From an uncultured Methanosarcinales archaeon (lineage in GTDB: Archaea; Nanobdellota; Nanobdellia; Woesearchaeales; JABMPP01), in contig CAZSAD010000005.1 in assembly GCA_964604995.1 (NCBI GenBank), forward strand, positions 3,221-67,220: 64,000 nucleotides of DNA, read 5' to 3'. The position numbers were made by a program, and so were the translations under genes. Shown piece by piece: positions 37,080-46,599 of the stretch (the first letter of the stretch is position 1; each line of letters begins with the position of its first letter). The notes under the pieces were generated by a model, which was not told the origin of the DNA, searched no databases, and saw only the letters and a list, made by a program, of their open reading frames with translations.

Positions 37080-37871
37080 TTACAAATCAACTATTTTTTT
37101 ATGTAAAATCATCTTCTCCACCATTTTTTCAATTAATAGTTCATGCTTTTCAATAACTCCAAAAAACCCATCTTTAATTGCATAATTAAATTCCTTTATA
37201 TGGTAATTATCCTCCATTTGAACTTTTAAATCATTAGCAATAAAAATTTCTCTCTCACAATAATTCTCATACTCCTTTCTTATTTCTTTAAAATATTCTG
37301 AGTCTTCATCTTCAATTATTCTTTTTATTTTTTCATTAACATTATTTTCAAATTCATCCCAGTAAGGTTTTTTTGTTGGAAACTTTGGGCCAGATGGTTT
37401 TGGTGATTGATATTCAATTTGTCCATTTAACAATTGTTTTTTCAAATTTTCTTCATCATGCAAAAAAAGATATTTTGGTACAATTTCAAAATTATAAAAA
37501 TTATCTAATGCTTGCTTTTCTTGTTCTAAATATTTATCAAATGCCTCTTCTCTTAGTTCAAAACAAATTTTTTTATTTCTAAAATGGTCTACTCCTTGCA
37601 TCAATAAATAATGAACAAATCTTTCATACTCTTCCATTTCTCCAGCTGAATGGGGAGTAGTGAATTTATCTATTAATTCTGATTGCATAAATACCATATC
37701 ATATTTAGTGGTATCAGAAAATGATTTTTTAAACCTATTAATAAGATTATTTCCATTTGTTTCAATATCAACTTCTAATTTAGTTGTTTCAAAACAAAAT
37801 AATATTGTTTCAAGCTCAGATACTATTTTATTTCCAAATTCTTTATCTGCTGTACCTATTAATATTTTCAT
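37080..37871 (-). CDS. Hypothetical cytoplasmic protein (263 aa)
   Basis: Protein-like composition and size; no recognised motif. Antisense ORFs 37373..37582 and 37660..37911 judged spurious. Confidence 0.45.
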   Translation of the reverse strand: MKILIGTADKEFGNKIVSELETILFCFETTKLEVDIETNGNNLINRFKKSFSDTTKYDMVFMQSELIDKFTTPHSAGEMEEYERFVHYLLMQGVDHFRNKKICFELREEAFDKYLEQEKQALDNFYNFEIVPKYLFLHDEENLKKQLLNGQIEYQSPKPSGPKFPTKKPYWDEFENNVNEKIKRIIEDEDSEYFKEIRKEYENYCEREIFIANDLKVQMEDNYHIKEFNYAIKDGFFGVIEKHELLIEKMVEKMILHKKIVDL

Positions 37872-38032
37872 TTGGATTTATCCTTCCTTTGTATTTTTAT
37901 TCCTTCTTTGATGTTTTTATTTAATTAATTGAATTACTTCTAAAATATAGTACTACTTACAAGTAGCTATTTATAAATCTACCCAATCTTATTAAAAATC
38001 TTCTCCAAAAGAGGTCACACTTTAATCAATCT

Positions 38033-38293
38033 TTGCAGAAAATTATTTATACCATTAAATCATTTTTATTTATTATGACAATAAAAAAGCAAGTTGCAAA
38101 TTATTTTGTTGAGGTAATAGGACTTGCAATATTTATTCTTGCAATTTACAGAATTGTGATAATCCTCTTTTCAGAGCCACTAACTGAACTTTGGTATTAT
38201 ATTTTCATTGCAATTTTTTCATTATTTCTTATGAATTACATGAATCTACCGCATCACATAGGTCAAAAATGGAAAAATGCACTTTCTAGATAA
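38033..38293 (+). CDS. Small 2-TM membrane protein, hypothetical
   Basis: Two hydrophobic helices; weak. Confidence 0.3.
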   Translation: MQKIIYTIKSFLFIMTIKKQVANYFVEVIGLAIFILAIYRIVIILFSEPLTELWYYIFIAIFSLFLMNYMNLPHHIGQKWKNALSR

Positions 38294-38330
38294 TTCAAAA
38301 GCATTATAAAAAATTAATAATATAATATCT

Positions 38331-39428
38331 TTACTTCTTTTTAGTTTTCTTTCTATTTTTATTATCCTCAGAAATTGCTTTTTTCATGAAAAGTGTTCTA
38401 GTTGGGAAGGGTATTCCAATTTTAGCTTTTTTAAGGGCATACCATACAGCCATTGTTGCTTTATCTTCCATCTCAAATTTTTGCATGTAATCATCTACCC
38501 AAAAATAAATTTTAAATTCCAAATAATAATCCCCCATTTTATTGAATCTAACAATTGGCGATGGATTTTCCATTTTTCCTGGAAGATTATCTATAGTTTC
38601 TTTTAAAACACTTTTTACTTGATTAGGATCGCTCTTATAATCAACACCAATACTTAAAACAAGCCTAGCAGTTGGGTCTGGCTTTGCTAAATTTATAATT
38701 TTTATATTGGATAACAAAGTGTTTGGTACAATCAAAACTTCATTATCAAAAGATTTTATTTTTGTGCTTCTAATTCCTATGTTAACTACTTGGCCAGCTT
38801 CTCCAGTCTCAAGTCTTATAACATCTCCAACATTAAAATTTTTATCGAGGATAAGTGATATGCCACCAAAAATATTTGATAAACTATCTTTCAAAGCAAA
38901 GCTTAGAGCAAGACCTAAAATTCCAAGACTTGCAAGAAATGGTCCGACTTCAACGCCCCATTCAATCATCAAAAATAAGAATCCTAATATTCCAACAAAA
39001 ATATTAATGAATCTTTGCATTAATGGGAACACTGTTTTCATTTGCAGTGTTTGCAAATGTTTCATTTTTTTCCCAGCTTCATTAACTAGAATCATGGATA
39101 ATCGCATGATTATGTAAGTTGCAACAATGATAATTAGGCTATTTACAAAATGATTCATAACTGCATTTATTTCCACTCCAAAATCAAGTGGCATAAGTGC
39201 AAATTTTAATCCTAAAACAGCAATAAAAAATGTGGTTGGAGCTTCCAATCTTTCAATCATAGCATCGTCGATAGTTGTCTTTGTTTTTTTTGCCCATGCT
39301 GATAAAATTGTTTTTACTAAACTTAAAAACACATATGCAATTACTACAAAAAAGAAGAATATTATAGTGGATGTAACATAATCATTTTTAATCATATTTA
39401 CAAGTGTATCTGTAAAATTCCCAACCAT
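38331..39428 (-). CDS. Small-conductance mechanosensitive channel (MscS family)
   Basis: Three N-terminal TM helices; conserved pore helix LGLALSFALKDSLSNIFGGISLIL; MscS beta-domain NVGDVIRLETGEAGQVVNIGIRSTKIKSFDNEVLIVPN. Confidence 0.8.
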   Translation of the reverse strand: MVGNFTDTLVNMIKNDYVTSTIIFFFFVVIAYVFLSLVKTILSAWAKKTKTTIDDAMIERLEAPTTFFIAVLGLKFALMPLDFGVEINAVMNHFVNSLIIIVATYIIMRLSMILVNEAGKKMKHLQTLQMKTVFPLMQRFINIFVGILGFLFLMIEWGVEVGPFLASLGILGLALSFALKDSLSNIFGGISLILDKNFNVGDVIRLETGEAGQVVNIGIRSTKIKSFDNEVLIVPNTLLSNIKIINLAKPDPTARLVLSIGVDYKSDPNQVKSVLKETIDNLPGKMENPSPIVRFNKMGDYYLEFKIYFWVDDYMQKFEMEDKATMAVWYALKKAKIGIPFPTRTLFMKKAISEDNKNRKKTKKK

Positions 39429-39575
39429 TAGCTATTTTATCTAACCGACCTATATATACTTTTTTACCTATGGGACAATAGTGAATAAATAAAATGGGAT
39501 TATTATTAACATTCAGTAAATTTTTTAATAAATGTTAAAAATGTAAAAACATAGAATAATATTAAAAATAAAAAA

Positions 39576-40115
39576 TTAAATTTTGTTTTGTACAATATTT
39601 TGCACAATAATTACTCTTGTTTGGCATCCAATTTTTTGGTTGAATCTAGCTAGTGCTAATTTTGCAGTATCTAAATGCTGTTTATCAACACTAAGTGATA
39701 AAATTGTTTTGCCTTCTTTAACTTGCGCTGCAAAACCCATTGGTTTTCCAAATGATTTCTGCATTCCTGTGCTCATTCTGTCTGCACCAGCGCCTGAAGC
39801 AAGTGGATTTTCTCTTAGAACGTGATGTGGGTACATTCTGATTTTCATGAAATATCCTGTTTTACCAAGAACTTTTTCAAGTAATCTATTGCTGCTTTGT
39901 CTTGCTGATTCAATTGAATTGTGCCTGATTTGAATGCTTGATTTTGGGATTAAGTTTAAAGTATATTCAAACTTTTTATTAGCATCTCCCATATCAAATC
40001 TTACAACTCTGATATTTCTTGCAGTCCTGATATAAGACTTCTCTCTGTACTTGGAAATTCTAGTATAAGGTCTTTCAATTTTCCTATACGCTACACCTTT
40101 TCTAAGTTTTGCCAT
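39576..40115 (-). CDS. rpl10e: 50S ribosomal protein L10e (uL16)
   Basis: FDMG, IRHNSIESARQSSNR, KIRMYPHHVLRENPLASGAGADRMSTGMQKSFGKP; matches the archaeal L10e consensus. Confidence 0.85.
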   Translation of the reverse strand: MAKLRKGVAYRKIERPYTRISKYREKSYIRTARNIRVVRFDMGDANKKFEYTLNLIPKSSIQIRHNSIESARQSSNRLLEKVLGKTGYFMKIRMYPHHVLRENPLASGAGADRMSTGMQKSFGKPMGFAAQVKEGKTILSLSVDKQHLDTAKLALARFNQKIGCQTRVIIVQNIVQNKI

Positions 40116-40174
40116 GTATACTAGGGAAAAAGTGGGTCTTTAAAAATCTATCGCTTCAAAACTTTTCTGTTGCA

Positions 40175-40753
40175 TTATTTGCCCGTCTCTAAAAATCCTT
40201 TAAGAACCATACCATTTGCAATATTTATGAATACTTCATTATTAGTATTTTTCAAAGAGAAAGTATAAACATTAACTGCAATATTCTCTCTTAAACCAAA
40301 TTTTGGAATTATCCCCATATTTTCAATTTTTAAATTTGAGTTTCCAGGGATTTTAACAGCAATATCAATACTGCTATTTTCATTATCTTCTCCTTTAAGA
40401 TAACTTCCAAATAATACTATTGCTTGGTAATTATGAATAAACCTTGGAATTAAATCCAAAATATCAGAACTAAGTACCATATCTAAATTAAAAACAATCT
40501 TTTTATTTTTATAATTATTATTTTCTTTGTTAACTGTTATAACCCAAGTTCTACCATATACTTTTTTATTTATTATCCCTTCTTGCAATAATTTATTTAC
40601 AACTCTATTTGCAGTAATTTTAGATATTGAAATTTTGTTTGCTATAACAGATAGTGACCACTCACCATTTGGAAAAGAAAATAAAAATGCCATTAATTTA
40701 TTGTAAGCTTCATTTGTTTGCGGTAATTTAACATTCTCAATATTTCTTACCAT
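40175..40753 (-). CDS. Winged-helix plus minimal nucleotidyltransferase (Pol-beta superfamily) protein
   Basis: N-terminal wHTH-like region (ISKITANRVVNKLLQEGII) then LFGSYLKGEDNENSSIDIAV (GS...DxD NTase motif). Confidence 0.5.
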   Translation of the reverse strand: MVRNIENVKLPQTNEAYNKLMAFLFSFPNGEWSLSVIANKISISKITANRVVNKLLQEGIINKKVYGRTWVITVNKENNNYKNKKIVFNLDMVLSSDILDLIPRFIHNYQAIVLFGSYLKGEDNENSSIDIAVKIPGNSNLKIENMGIIPKFGLRENIAVNVYTFSLKNTNNEVFINIANGMVLKGFLETGK

Positions 40754-40921
40754 AATTTTATTAATACTATATTTAGAATATAAATTTTTCTATTGGTTAC
40801 ATAAAGATGCATTTAGTTACATATGTTACCATTAAATATAACCACTTAATTCCTCTGAATTAATAGAAAGTTATATATAGTAAATACCTATAAAATCATA
40901 TAAATTAACTTAAATTAATCA

Positions 40922-40929
40922 AGAGGTGA
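40922..40929 (+). promoter_or_regulatory. Shine-Dalgarno agaggtga, 5 nt upstream of ATG 40935
   Basis: GGTGA core complementary to the 16S 3' end. Confidence 0.4.
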
Positions 40930-40934
40930 ATTGA

Positions 40935-41447
40935 ATGAAAAAGAAGGGCGACCTTAGTTTATCTGTAAACGCAATAGTTGTTCTTATTTTAGCCATTACT
41001 ATGTTAGGACTTGGCTTAGGTTTTATGAAAGGAATGTTTGGTAAAGTATCCGGTAATATTGACAAAGCAATATCTTCCGGTGAATTGGAAACTCCAGCAA
41101 CAGCAAATACTCCTTTCACAGTCTCTACAAAAGATTTTGAATTAAAAAGAGGAACCTCCACAAGACTTGATTTTGGATATTTCAATGATCAAAATGCAAA
41201 AGCAACAATAGCTTACACTGACATCACTTGTAAATCAGGCGCAGACGATACCGAAACAGATTTCGATTTTACTTATCCGAGTGAAAAAGATGTTGAAGTT
41301 AATCAAGCAATTGCATTTTCAATTTTAATGGCTGCAAAGACAACGGCTACTTCACGAACAAGTGTATGTACCATTGAACTTACAACTACACTAAGTACAG
41401 GTGTAGGTAAGAGTTATACCAAAGACATATTTGTCAAAGTTCCATAA
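40935..41447 (+). CDS. Archaeal pilin-like protein with a class III signal peptide
   Basis: MKKKGDLSLSVNAIVVLILAITMLGLGLGF. Confidence 0.6.
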   Translation: MKKKGDLSLSVNAIVVLILAITMLGLGLGFMKGMFGKVSGNIDKAISSGELETPATANTPFTVSTKDFELKRGTSTRLDFGYFNDQNAKATIAYTDITCKSGADDTETDFDFTYPSEKDVEVNQAIAFSILMAAKTTATSRTSVCTIELTTTLSTGVGKSYTKDIFVKVP

Positions 41448-41465
41448 ACTTAAAGGTGAATCACA

Positions 41466-41687
41466 ATGAAAAAAAGACTAACACAATCCGAAGAATTTGA
41501 AATAATGAAACTTGTTTTGGACAAATTTTTATGGCTTGGTTTTATCATCATGGGTTATGGAATGTATGTAATGGTAGCACTTCAAGGCGATACTATTGCA
41601 AGAGGCTTAAGTATTATGATTGCAGGAGCAATCTTACTTGTGCTATTCTTAATGATGATAATTAAAGAATACGAAGTCATTAAGTAA
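41466..41687 (+). CDS. Small 2-TM membrane protein
   Basis: aaggtga SD 6 nt upstream; two hydrophobic helices. Confidence 0.4.
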   Translation: MKKRLTQSEEFEIMKLVLDKFLWLGFIIMGYGMYVMVALQGDTIARGLSIMIAGAILLVLFLMMIIKEYEVIK

Positions 41688-41759
41688 TTTTATTTTTTTA
41701 TCTTATTTTTTCTTTATACAATCAAAATTTATTTATACTTGTTCATATAACTTTAAACT

Positions 41760-42335
41760 ATGAAAAGCAAAAAAGGAATTGAATTGTCAGTTAATTTCTT
41801 AGTAATAATAATTCTTTCAATTGCAATGTTTGGCTTTGGCATTTATTTCACAAAGCAAATCTTCACAAAAAGCAATGAAATGTCTCTTAAAATTGACCAA
41901 GACACTAACCAGAAGATGGAAGAGCTACTAAATGACGGCAGCAGGGTTGTTATTGCATTTCAAACAAAAACAATAAGGCGGGGCAGTTTAGGTGTGTTTG
42001 GTATTGGTGTTTTGAATATGAATACAACAGATGTTTATTTTAAAATTGGAAATCCTTCATCATCATACACAAATACTCTAACTATCCAAGGATTTAGCAA
42101 AGAGGGAACTCCTATTGCAGATCCAGAAAATTTTTTAGATGTCAATTTCAACAATGAAGCAATTTTATTAACACCTTTACAAACAACTAAGTTTGCAATA
42201 GGTGTAGCAGTTAAAAATGGTGCACCGTCTGGCACTTATGTTTTAGATGTTGGAGTAGGTTATGGTATATCAGTAGGGGACACATTCACCAATTACCAAG
42301 ATGAAGTATACAAACTTTATGTAGTTGTTCCATAA
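41760..42335 (+). CDS. Archaeal pilin-like protein with a class III signal peptide
   Basis: MKSKKGIELSVNFLVIIILSIAMFGFGIYF parallels the N-terminus of 40935..41447. Confidence 0.6.
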   Translation: MKSKKGIELSVNFLVIIILSIAMFGFGIYFTKQIFTKSNEMSLKIDQDTNQKMEELLNDGSRVVIAFQTKTIRRGSLGVFGIGVLNMNTTDVYFKIGNPSSSYTNTLTIQGFSKEGTPIADPENFLDVNFNNEAILLTPLQTTKFAIGVAVKNGAPSGTYVLDVGVGYGISVGDTFTNYQDEVYKLYVVVP

Positions 42336-42337
42336 AT

Positions 42338-42943
42338 TTATTTTTTCTTTAGAAATAGCTCAATCATTCTATTCCCACTCGAAGTTACGATATTATCAGA
42401 ACTTAAAAGTATAAATCCTCTTTCTTCAAACAATTGTTCAATTTCATGTTGTTCATAATAAGCATAGAATCTTTTAAGGCCAGGAAGGCTTTTACTTTCA
42501 TCAAATTTTTCCCCTCTTCCTTCTTTTACGCTAATATACAAAGCTCCATTTTTTTTAAGTATTCTATAAAATTCTAAAATCACTTTGGAAATCTCATTTT
42601 TTGGAATATGCAAAAGTGCAGCGCAGCTCCAAATCCCATCAAAACTTTCATTTTTAAATCCAATTTTGCAAATATCCATTTGACAATATGTTCCTTTGCC
42701 TCGCATTTTAGCTTCTTCTAAAAGTCCTATTGAAAGATCAATCCCTACTGCTTTTAATTTTTCGTCTAGAAAATATCTTACATCTCTACCTGATCCGCAG
42801 CCAGCATCCAAAACTTTTTTGCCATCAAGTAATGTTATGAATTTATTTAATTCATATTGTGGCAATCTTATTTCAGTATATTCTGCAAACTGAAAGGGAT
42901 TCTTGTTATAAACTTCTATTGTTTTTTTTGTTTCTTTTCTCAA
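42338..42943 (-). CDS. Class I SAM-dependent methyltransferase
   Basis: Motif I VLDAGCGSGRD; Methyltransf_11-like spacing; 201 aa. Confidence 0.75.
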   Translation of the reverse strand: MRKETKKTIEVYNKNPFQFAEYTEIRLPQYELNKFITLLDGKKVLDAGCGSGRDVRYFLDEKLKAVGIDLSIGLLEEAKMRGKGTYCQMDICKIGFKNESFDGIWSCAALLHIPKNEISKVILEFYRILKKNGALYISVKEGRGEKFDESKSLPGLKRFYAYYEQHEIEQLFEERGFILLSSDNIVTSSGNRMIELFLKKK

Positions 42944-42973
42944 TTTAAACGCACCTAATTTTATAAGAACAAC

Positions 42974-43741
42974 TTATCCAATTCTTATTATCTGTGCAAA
43001 ATGATTTGGATCTAAACTTGCTCCACCAACAAGATAACCATTTATATTTGGCATTTTAGATAATGATTCAACATTATCTTTATTTACACTTCCGCCATAT
43101 AAAATAAACATTTTTCTTGCAGCTTGTCCAGAATATAATTTAATTATTGCATTTCTAATAAATTTATGCATCTCTTCTGCTTGCTTAGGCGTTGCACTAA
43201 TACTCTTTCCATCGCCTTTACTAATGGCCCAGATAGGTTCATATGCAATTAGTACTTTAGTTACTTTATCTTCTCCAATTCCATCAAAGCACTCTTTAAG
43301 CTGCAATCCTACAACCTTTTCAGATAAACCTTGTTCTCTTTGCTCTAATGTTTCTCCAACGCATAAAATTGGAAACATTTTATTATCGAGCATTGCCTTA
43401 ACTTTCTTGTTTATTAATTGATTATTCTCGCCAAAAATCTCTCTTCTTTCAGAATGACCAATTATTGAAAACTGCACATTAAACTCTTGAAGCATTTCAA
43501 TTGATACTTCGCCTGTAAATGTGCCTTTTGGCAAAAAATGTACATTCTGCGTTCCAACTATTATTCTACTGCCAGATATTGCTCTAGCAGCCGCAGGTAT
43601 TGATAAAAATGAAGGGCAAACTATCACTCTTTTATCTGAAGAAATATCTACCAAAAGTGGCTTTAATTTTCTGAAAAATTCAAAAGTCTCTTTAGAAGTT
43701 TTATTCATTTTCCAATTGGCAATTATTATTTTTTCAGTCAT
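42974..43741 (-). CDS. tpiA: Triosephosphate isomerase, bacterial/eukaryotic-type (255 aa)
   Basis: IANWKMN (catalytic Lys), IGHSERR (His), IAYEPIWAI (Glu), YGGSV, LVGGASL. These are all bacterial-type signatures, in contrast to the archaeal NFK../NHSE/EPPELIG type. Confidence 0.9.
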   Translation of the reverse strand: MTEKIIIANWKMNKTSKETFEFFRKLKPLLVDISSDKRVIVCPSFLSIPAAARAISGSRIIVGTQNVHFLPKGTFTGEVSIEMLQEFNVQFSIIGHSERREIFGENNQLINKKVKAMLDNKMFPILCVGETLEQREQGLSEKVVGLQLKECFDGIGEDKVTKVLIAYEPIWAISKGDGKSISATPKQAEEMHKFIRNAIIKLYSGQAARKMFILYGGSVNKDNVESLSKMPNINGYLVGGASLDPNHFAQIIRIG

Positions 43742-43792
43742 ATCTAAACCACATCACTAATCAAAAATTGAATTATTCTAAATATTTTGAAT

Positions 43793-45097
43793 TTAATATT
43801 TTTCTTTTCTACTTTTTCTAATTATTGGAAAAATAATTGCAAATACTATTAAAAGAAGTGTAACTAAAATAATCACTTGATTTTCAATATTATTATTGCT
43901 TAGAACTTTTGGTGGGAACACAACACTTGTTGTAAAAGATTCAACTTTAAGCGGTTTTTGTCCATCACTAATTTCAACACTAAATGTTTTTGAACTATTT
44001 TCCAATCCTTTAATGGGATAAATATTTACATAAGCAATTTGTATTTGTCCAGATTCCAAAAAAAGAACAGGATTTGGTGTTATTTCATATTCGGCCCAAG
44101 AATCCACATCTTTAACATCTATAAAATATCTATTGGCAACACTTCCACTATTTCTAACAGTTACTTTAATTCTATTATTTGTTCCTTCAATATTATCAAA
44201 TAATTTTTCAATTGTAAATGACTCTGTTTGGGCTAAATTTGCATTTATAAGGTTAAATTTTCCTTGCAAAATTTTAGTTTCATCTCCTTTTACAACAATT
44301 TCAAAATCATATTTAGCTTCTTTTGCATCTTTATCAGTTAGTAAACTTATATAAATAGTTTCATTGCTTTTTGGTTTTATTGTAAATTTACCTGGGTTAT
44401 TTACACCCATTCCTTCAACTTGGTATGCCATAAGTGTTCCAACAGGTGACATACTAACTTCAAATTGCCTACTCTCAGTTCCAAGATTGCTTATTTTAAT
44501 AGGTATTAACAATGTTTTTCCAGCAATTACACTTTCTTTGTAAGATCCTAGTGAAACAACATCAAATTGTTTTCCTGCTATCTCAAAAAGATAAAATCCA
44601 TCAGTTTGTGCACTATAATAAGTATAATTATTGTCCTCAGAAGTTTGCAATGTTCTAATCATTTGCCAATTATCATCAAATTTAGCAAGATAAATTGAAC
44701 TTCTTTTAAGATTATGTTCAACAATATAATCATTCAATACCCTAAATGTTATTTTGGTCACATTTATTTCACTATTTGGTATTGTGCATCCAACTTCAAA
44801 GAAAGCTATTGGATTGTCAGCAACACCGCTAACATCTTCTTTATCTGTCACATTCAATAATATATTTGTAAAATAACTATAAGGGTATGCTTTAATTGAA
44901 GTAATGGCTATTTCAGGATTATTTATTTCCATAAAAATAGGATTGTCTTTGCTTGCACTTGTATAAATTTGAGTTCTTTCAAAAGCAAACGCAGTTTTTA
45001 TGCAAGTTAAACTTAATAAAAATATAAAAAAGAAACAAAATGCTAAAAAAAACATGTTTATTCTATTTATTTTGCTGTTTTTTATCTTCATCACCAA
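43793..45097 (-). CDS. Surface protein with signal peptide and C-terminal TM anchor; possibly S-layer or CARDB-like
   Basis: N-terminal signal FLAFCFFFIFLLSLTCIKTAFA; C-terminal IILVTLLLIVFAIIFPIIRKSRKEKY. Confidence 0.5.
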   Translation of the reverse strand: MVMKIKNSKINRINMFFLAFCFFFIFLLSLTCIKTAFAFERTQIYTSASKDNPIFMEINNPEIAITSIKAYPYSYFTNILLNVTDKEDVSGVADNPIAFFEVGCTIPNSEINVTKITFRVLNDYIVEHNLKRSSIYLAKFDDNWQMIRTLQTSEDNNYTYYSAQTDGFYLFEIAGKQFDVVSLGSYKESVIAGKTLLIPIKISNLGTESRQFEVSMSPVGTLMAYQVEGMGVNNPGKFTIKPKSNETIYISLLTDKDAKEAKYDFEIVVKGDETKILQGKFNLINANLAQTESFTIEKLFDNIEGTNNRIKVTVRNSGSVANRYFIDVKDVDSWAEYEITPNPVLFLESGQIQIAYVNIYPIKGLENSSKTFSVEISDGQKPLKVESFTTSVVFPPKVLSNNNIENQVIILVTLLLIVFAIIFPIIRKSRKEKY

Positions 45098-45182
45098 TTC
45101 TAATCAAACCAACCTTTTAAATTACCTCTATTTGAGGTTATATCTAAACTGCTCTAAGTTATATTTAAGTTATTATTTTAGC

Positions 45183-45908
45183 CTATTTATGTTTTTCTTT
45201 TTTAAACCCTATTTGCCATCCTAAATAAGTAAATACACTGCCTAAAAATGCAATTGTAAGAAATACTCTAAAAGCCATTTTTGCAAAGAATTCTTGCGGA
45301 TACATCTTAATAAGCAAAGTTTCGCTTCCAAGCAGCCATGTATCTGACTTAAATATTAATTCATGAAAATTTGTCCAAAAAATTTCAAATTTTAAAGCAA
45401 ATAATGCTAAAATAATAACAATTCCTATAACAAAAATCCCACTAAAAAATAAGATTCTTGCAATTGCTTCTCTAAAACTAAACTCTAATTTTCTTTGAGT
45501 CAATAAATACAATAATCCAACTACTATTAAAATTGCAAATAACATTATTTTTAAAATAAAAAATCCATAAGAAACAACTTCTTTTACTTCAACCATGTGA
45601 TTAATTTCTCTTGCAGATAACCCCTCTAAAACCAAAAATTCATTTTTTTCATTTTTTAGATAATCAAGAATAACTAAAGTATTATTATAATATTTATTTG
45701 ATAAATCTTTTGTTAGCAATCTTTCATTTGTTCTTTGCTCAAAATCTACTCTGTAAAAATTATTGTTATACATATTTATAAAAATTGAACCTAAAAAAAC
45801 AGTTGTCACACATAAGAAAAAGCATATAACCACTAAAACCAATACAATTGGTCTTCTAAAATCTTTTCTAAAATGTTTAGTATTTTTAGCTAATGTTTGC
45901 TTTGCCAT
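45183..45908 (-). CDS. Polytopic membrane protein, hypothetical
   Basis: At least four hydrophobic helices. Confidence 0.5.
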   Translation of the reverse strand: MAKQTLAKNTKHFRKDFRRPIVLVLVVICFFLCVTTVFLGSIFINMYNNNFYRVDFEQRTNERLLTKDLSNKYYNNTLVILDYLKNEKNEFLVLEGLSAREINHMVEVKEVVSYGFFILKIMLFAILIVVGLLYLLTQRKLEFSFREAIARILFFSGIFVIGIVIILALFALKFEIFWTNFHELIFKSDTWLLGSETLLIKMYPQEFFAKMAFRVFLTIAFLGSVFTYLGWQIGFKKEKHK

Positions 45909-46534
45909 GGCAAATCTCCAATTATATCTTCAACAGTCTTGTTTTCAGGCTTATTTTTCTTTTTACTGTGCCTTTTTTCAACTTCTTTAGCAACATTTGT
46001 TTCTTGGTCTTCTTCAATTGAATCTTCATTTGAACTTTCTTCTTCATTTATCTTTTCATCTTCTTCTGCTTCATCATCTTCATTAGCTTCTTTATTTTCT
46101 GCATGTTTCTTCGTTTTATTTTTCTTTTTTTTGACATTCAATTCATTATCAGAAAATAAATTATCACTTATATCTTCACCAAAAGATTGCATATTTGTTT
46201 TACTAAAAAGTACCTGAGCAATTTCATCATTTGAATTAGGTTTGTATTTTTCAGGAGAATTATCCATTATTTTTTCTTCAAAACCGCTAGGTTTTATGTC
46301 TTTTTTTCTGCCAAATTCATCTTGTTCGTCTTTTTTATGGTAATCTTTGCTAAACGGGTTATCTTCATCCTCTTTTGTGCCATAAAGTTTTTCTTGCCTG
46401 TAAACCATATCCTGGTCTTCATGTCCTTCTTCACTTTGGTGCCCAGAATATTTGAACAATTCTTTTACAGCTCCAACTACAGCATATTTTTTAGGAGAAA
46501 ACTCATCTTCTTGTGCAGGATGGTAATTTGCCAT
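45890..46534 (-). CDS. Highly acidic, low-complexity protein; overlaps the downstream gene start by 19 nt
   Basis: E/D/K-rich (DEAEEDEKINEEESSNEDSIEEDQE). Could be disordered. Confidence 0.4.
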   Translation of the reverse strand: MANYHPAQEDEFSPKKYAVVGAVKELFKYSGHQSEEGHEDQDMVYRQEKLYGTKEDEDNPFSKDYHKKDEQDEFGRKKDIKPSGFEEKIMDNSPEKYKPNSNDEIAQVLFSKTNMQSFGEDISDNLFSDNELNVKKKKNKTKKHAENKEANEDDEAEEDEKINEEESSNEDSIEEDQETNVAKEVEKRHSKKKNKPENKTVEDIIGDLPWQSKH

Positions 46535-46599
46535 ATCAATTAGCTTAATTAGCTTGTTTTTTAACTTTTCTATACTATTCCTAAAATACTTTTCTAAAT

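Noticed and set aside
38707-39117. Plus-strand ORF 38707..39117 antisense to the MscS gene
   Set aside because: The MscS reading frame has clear family motifs; the antisense ORF does not.
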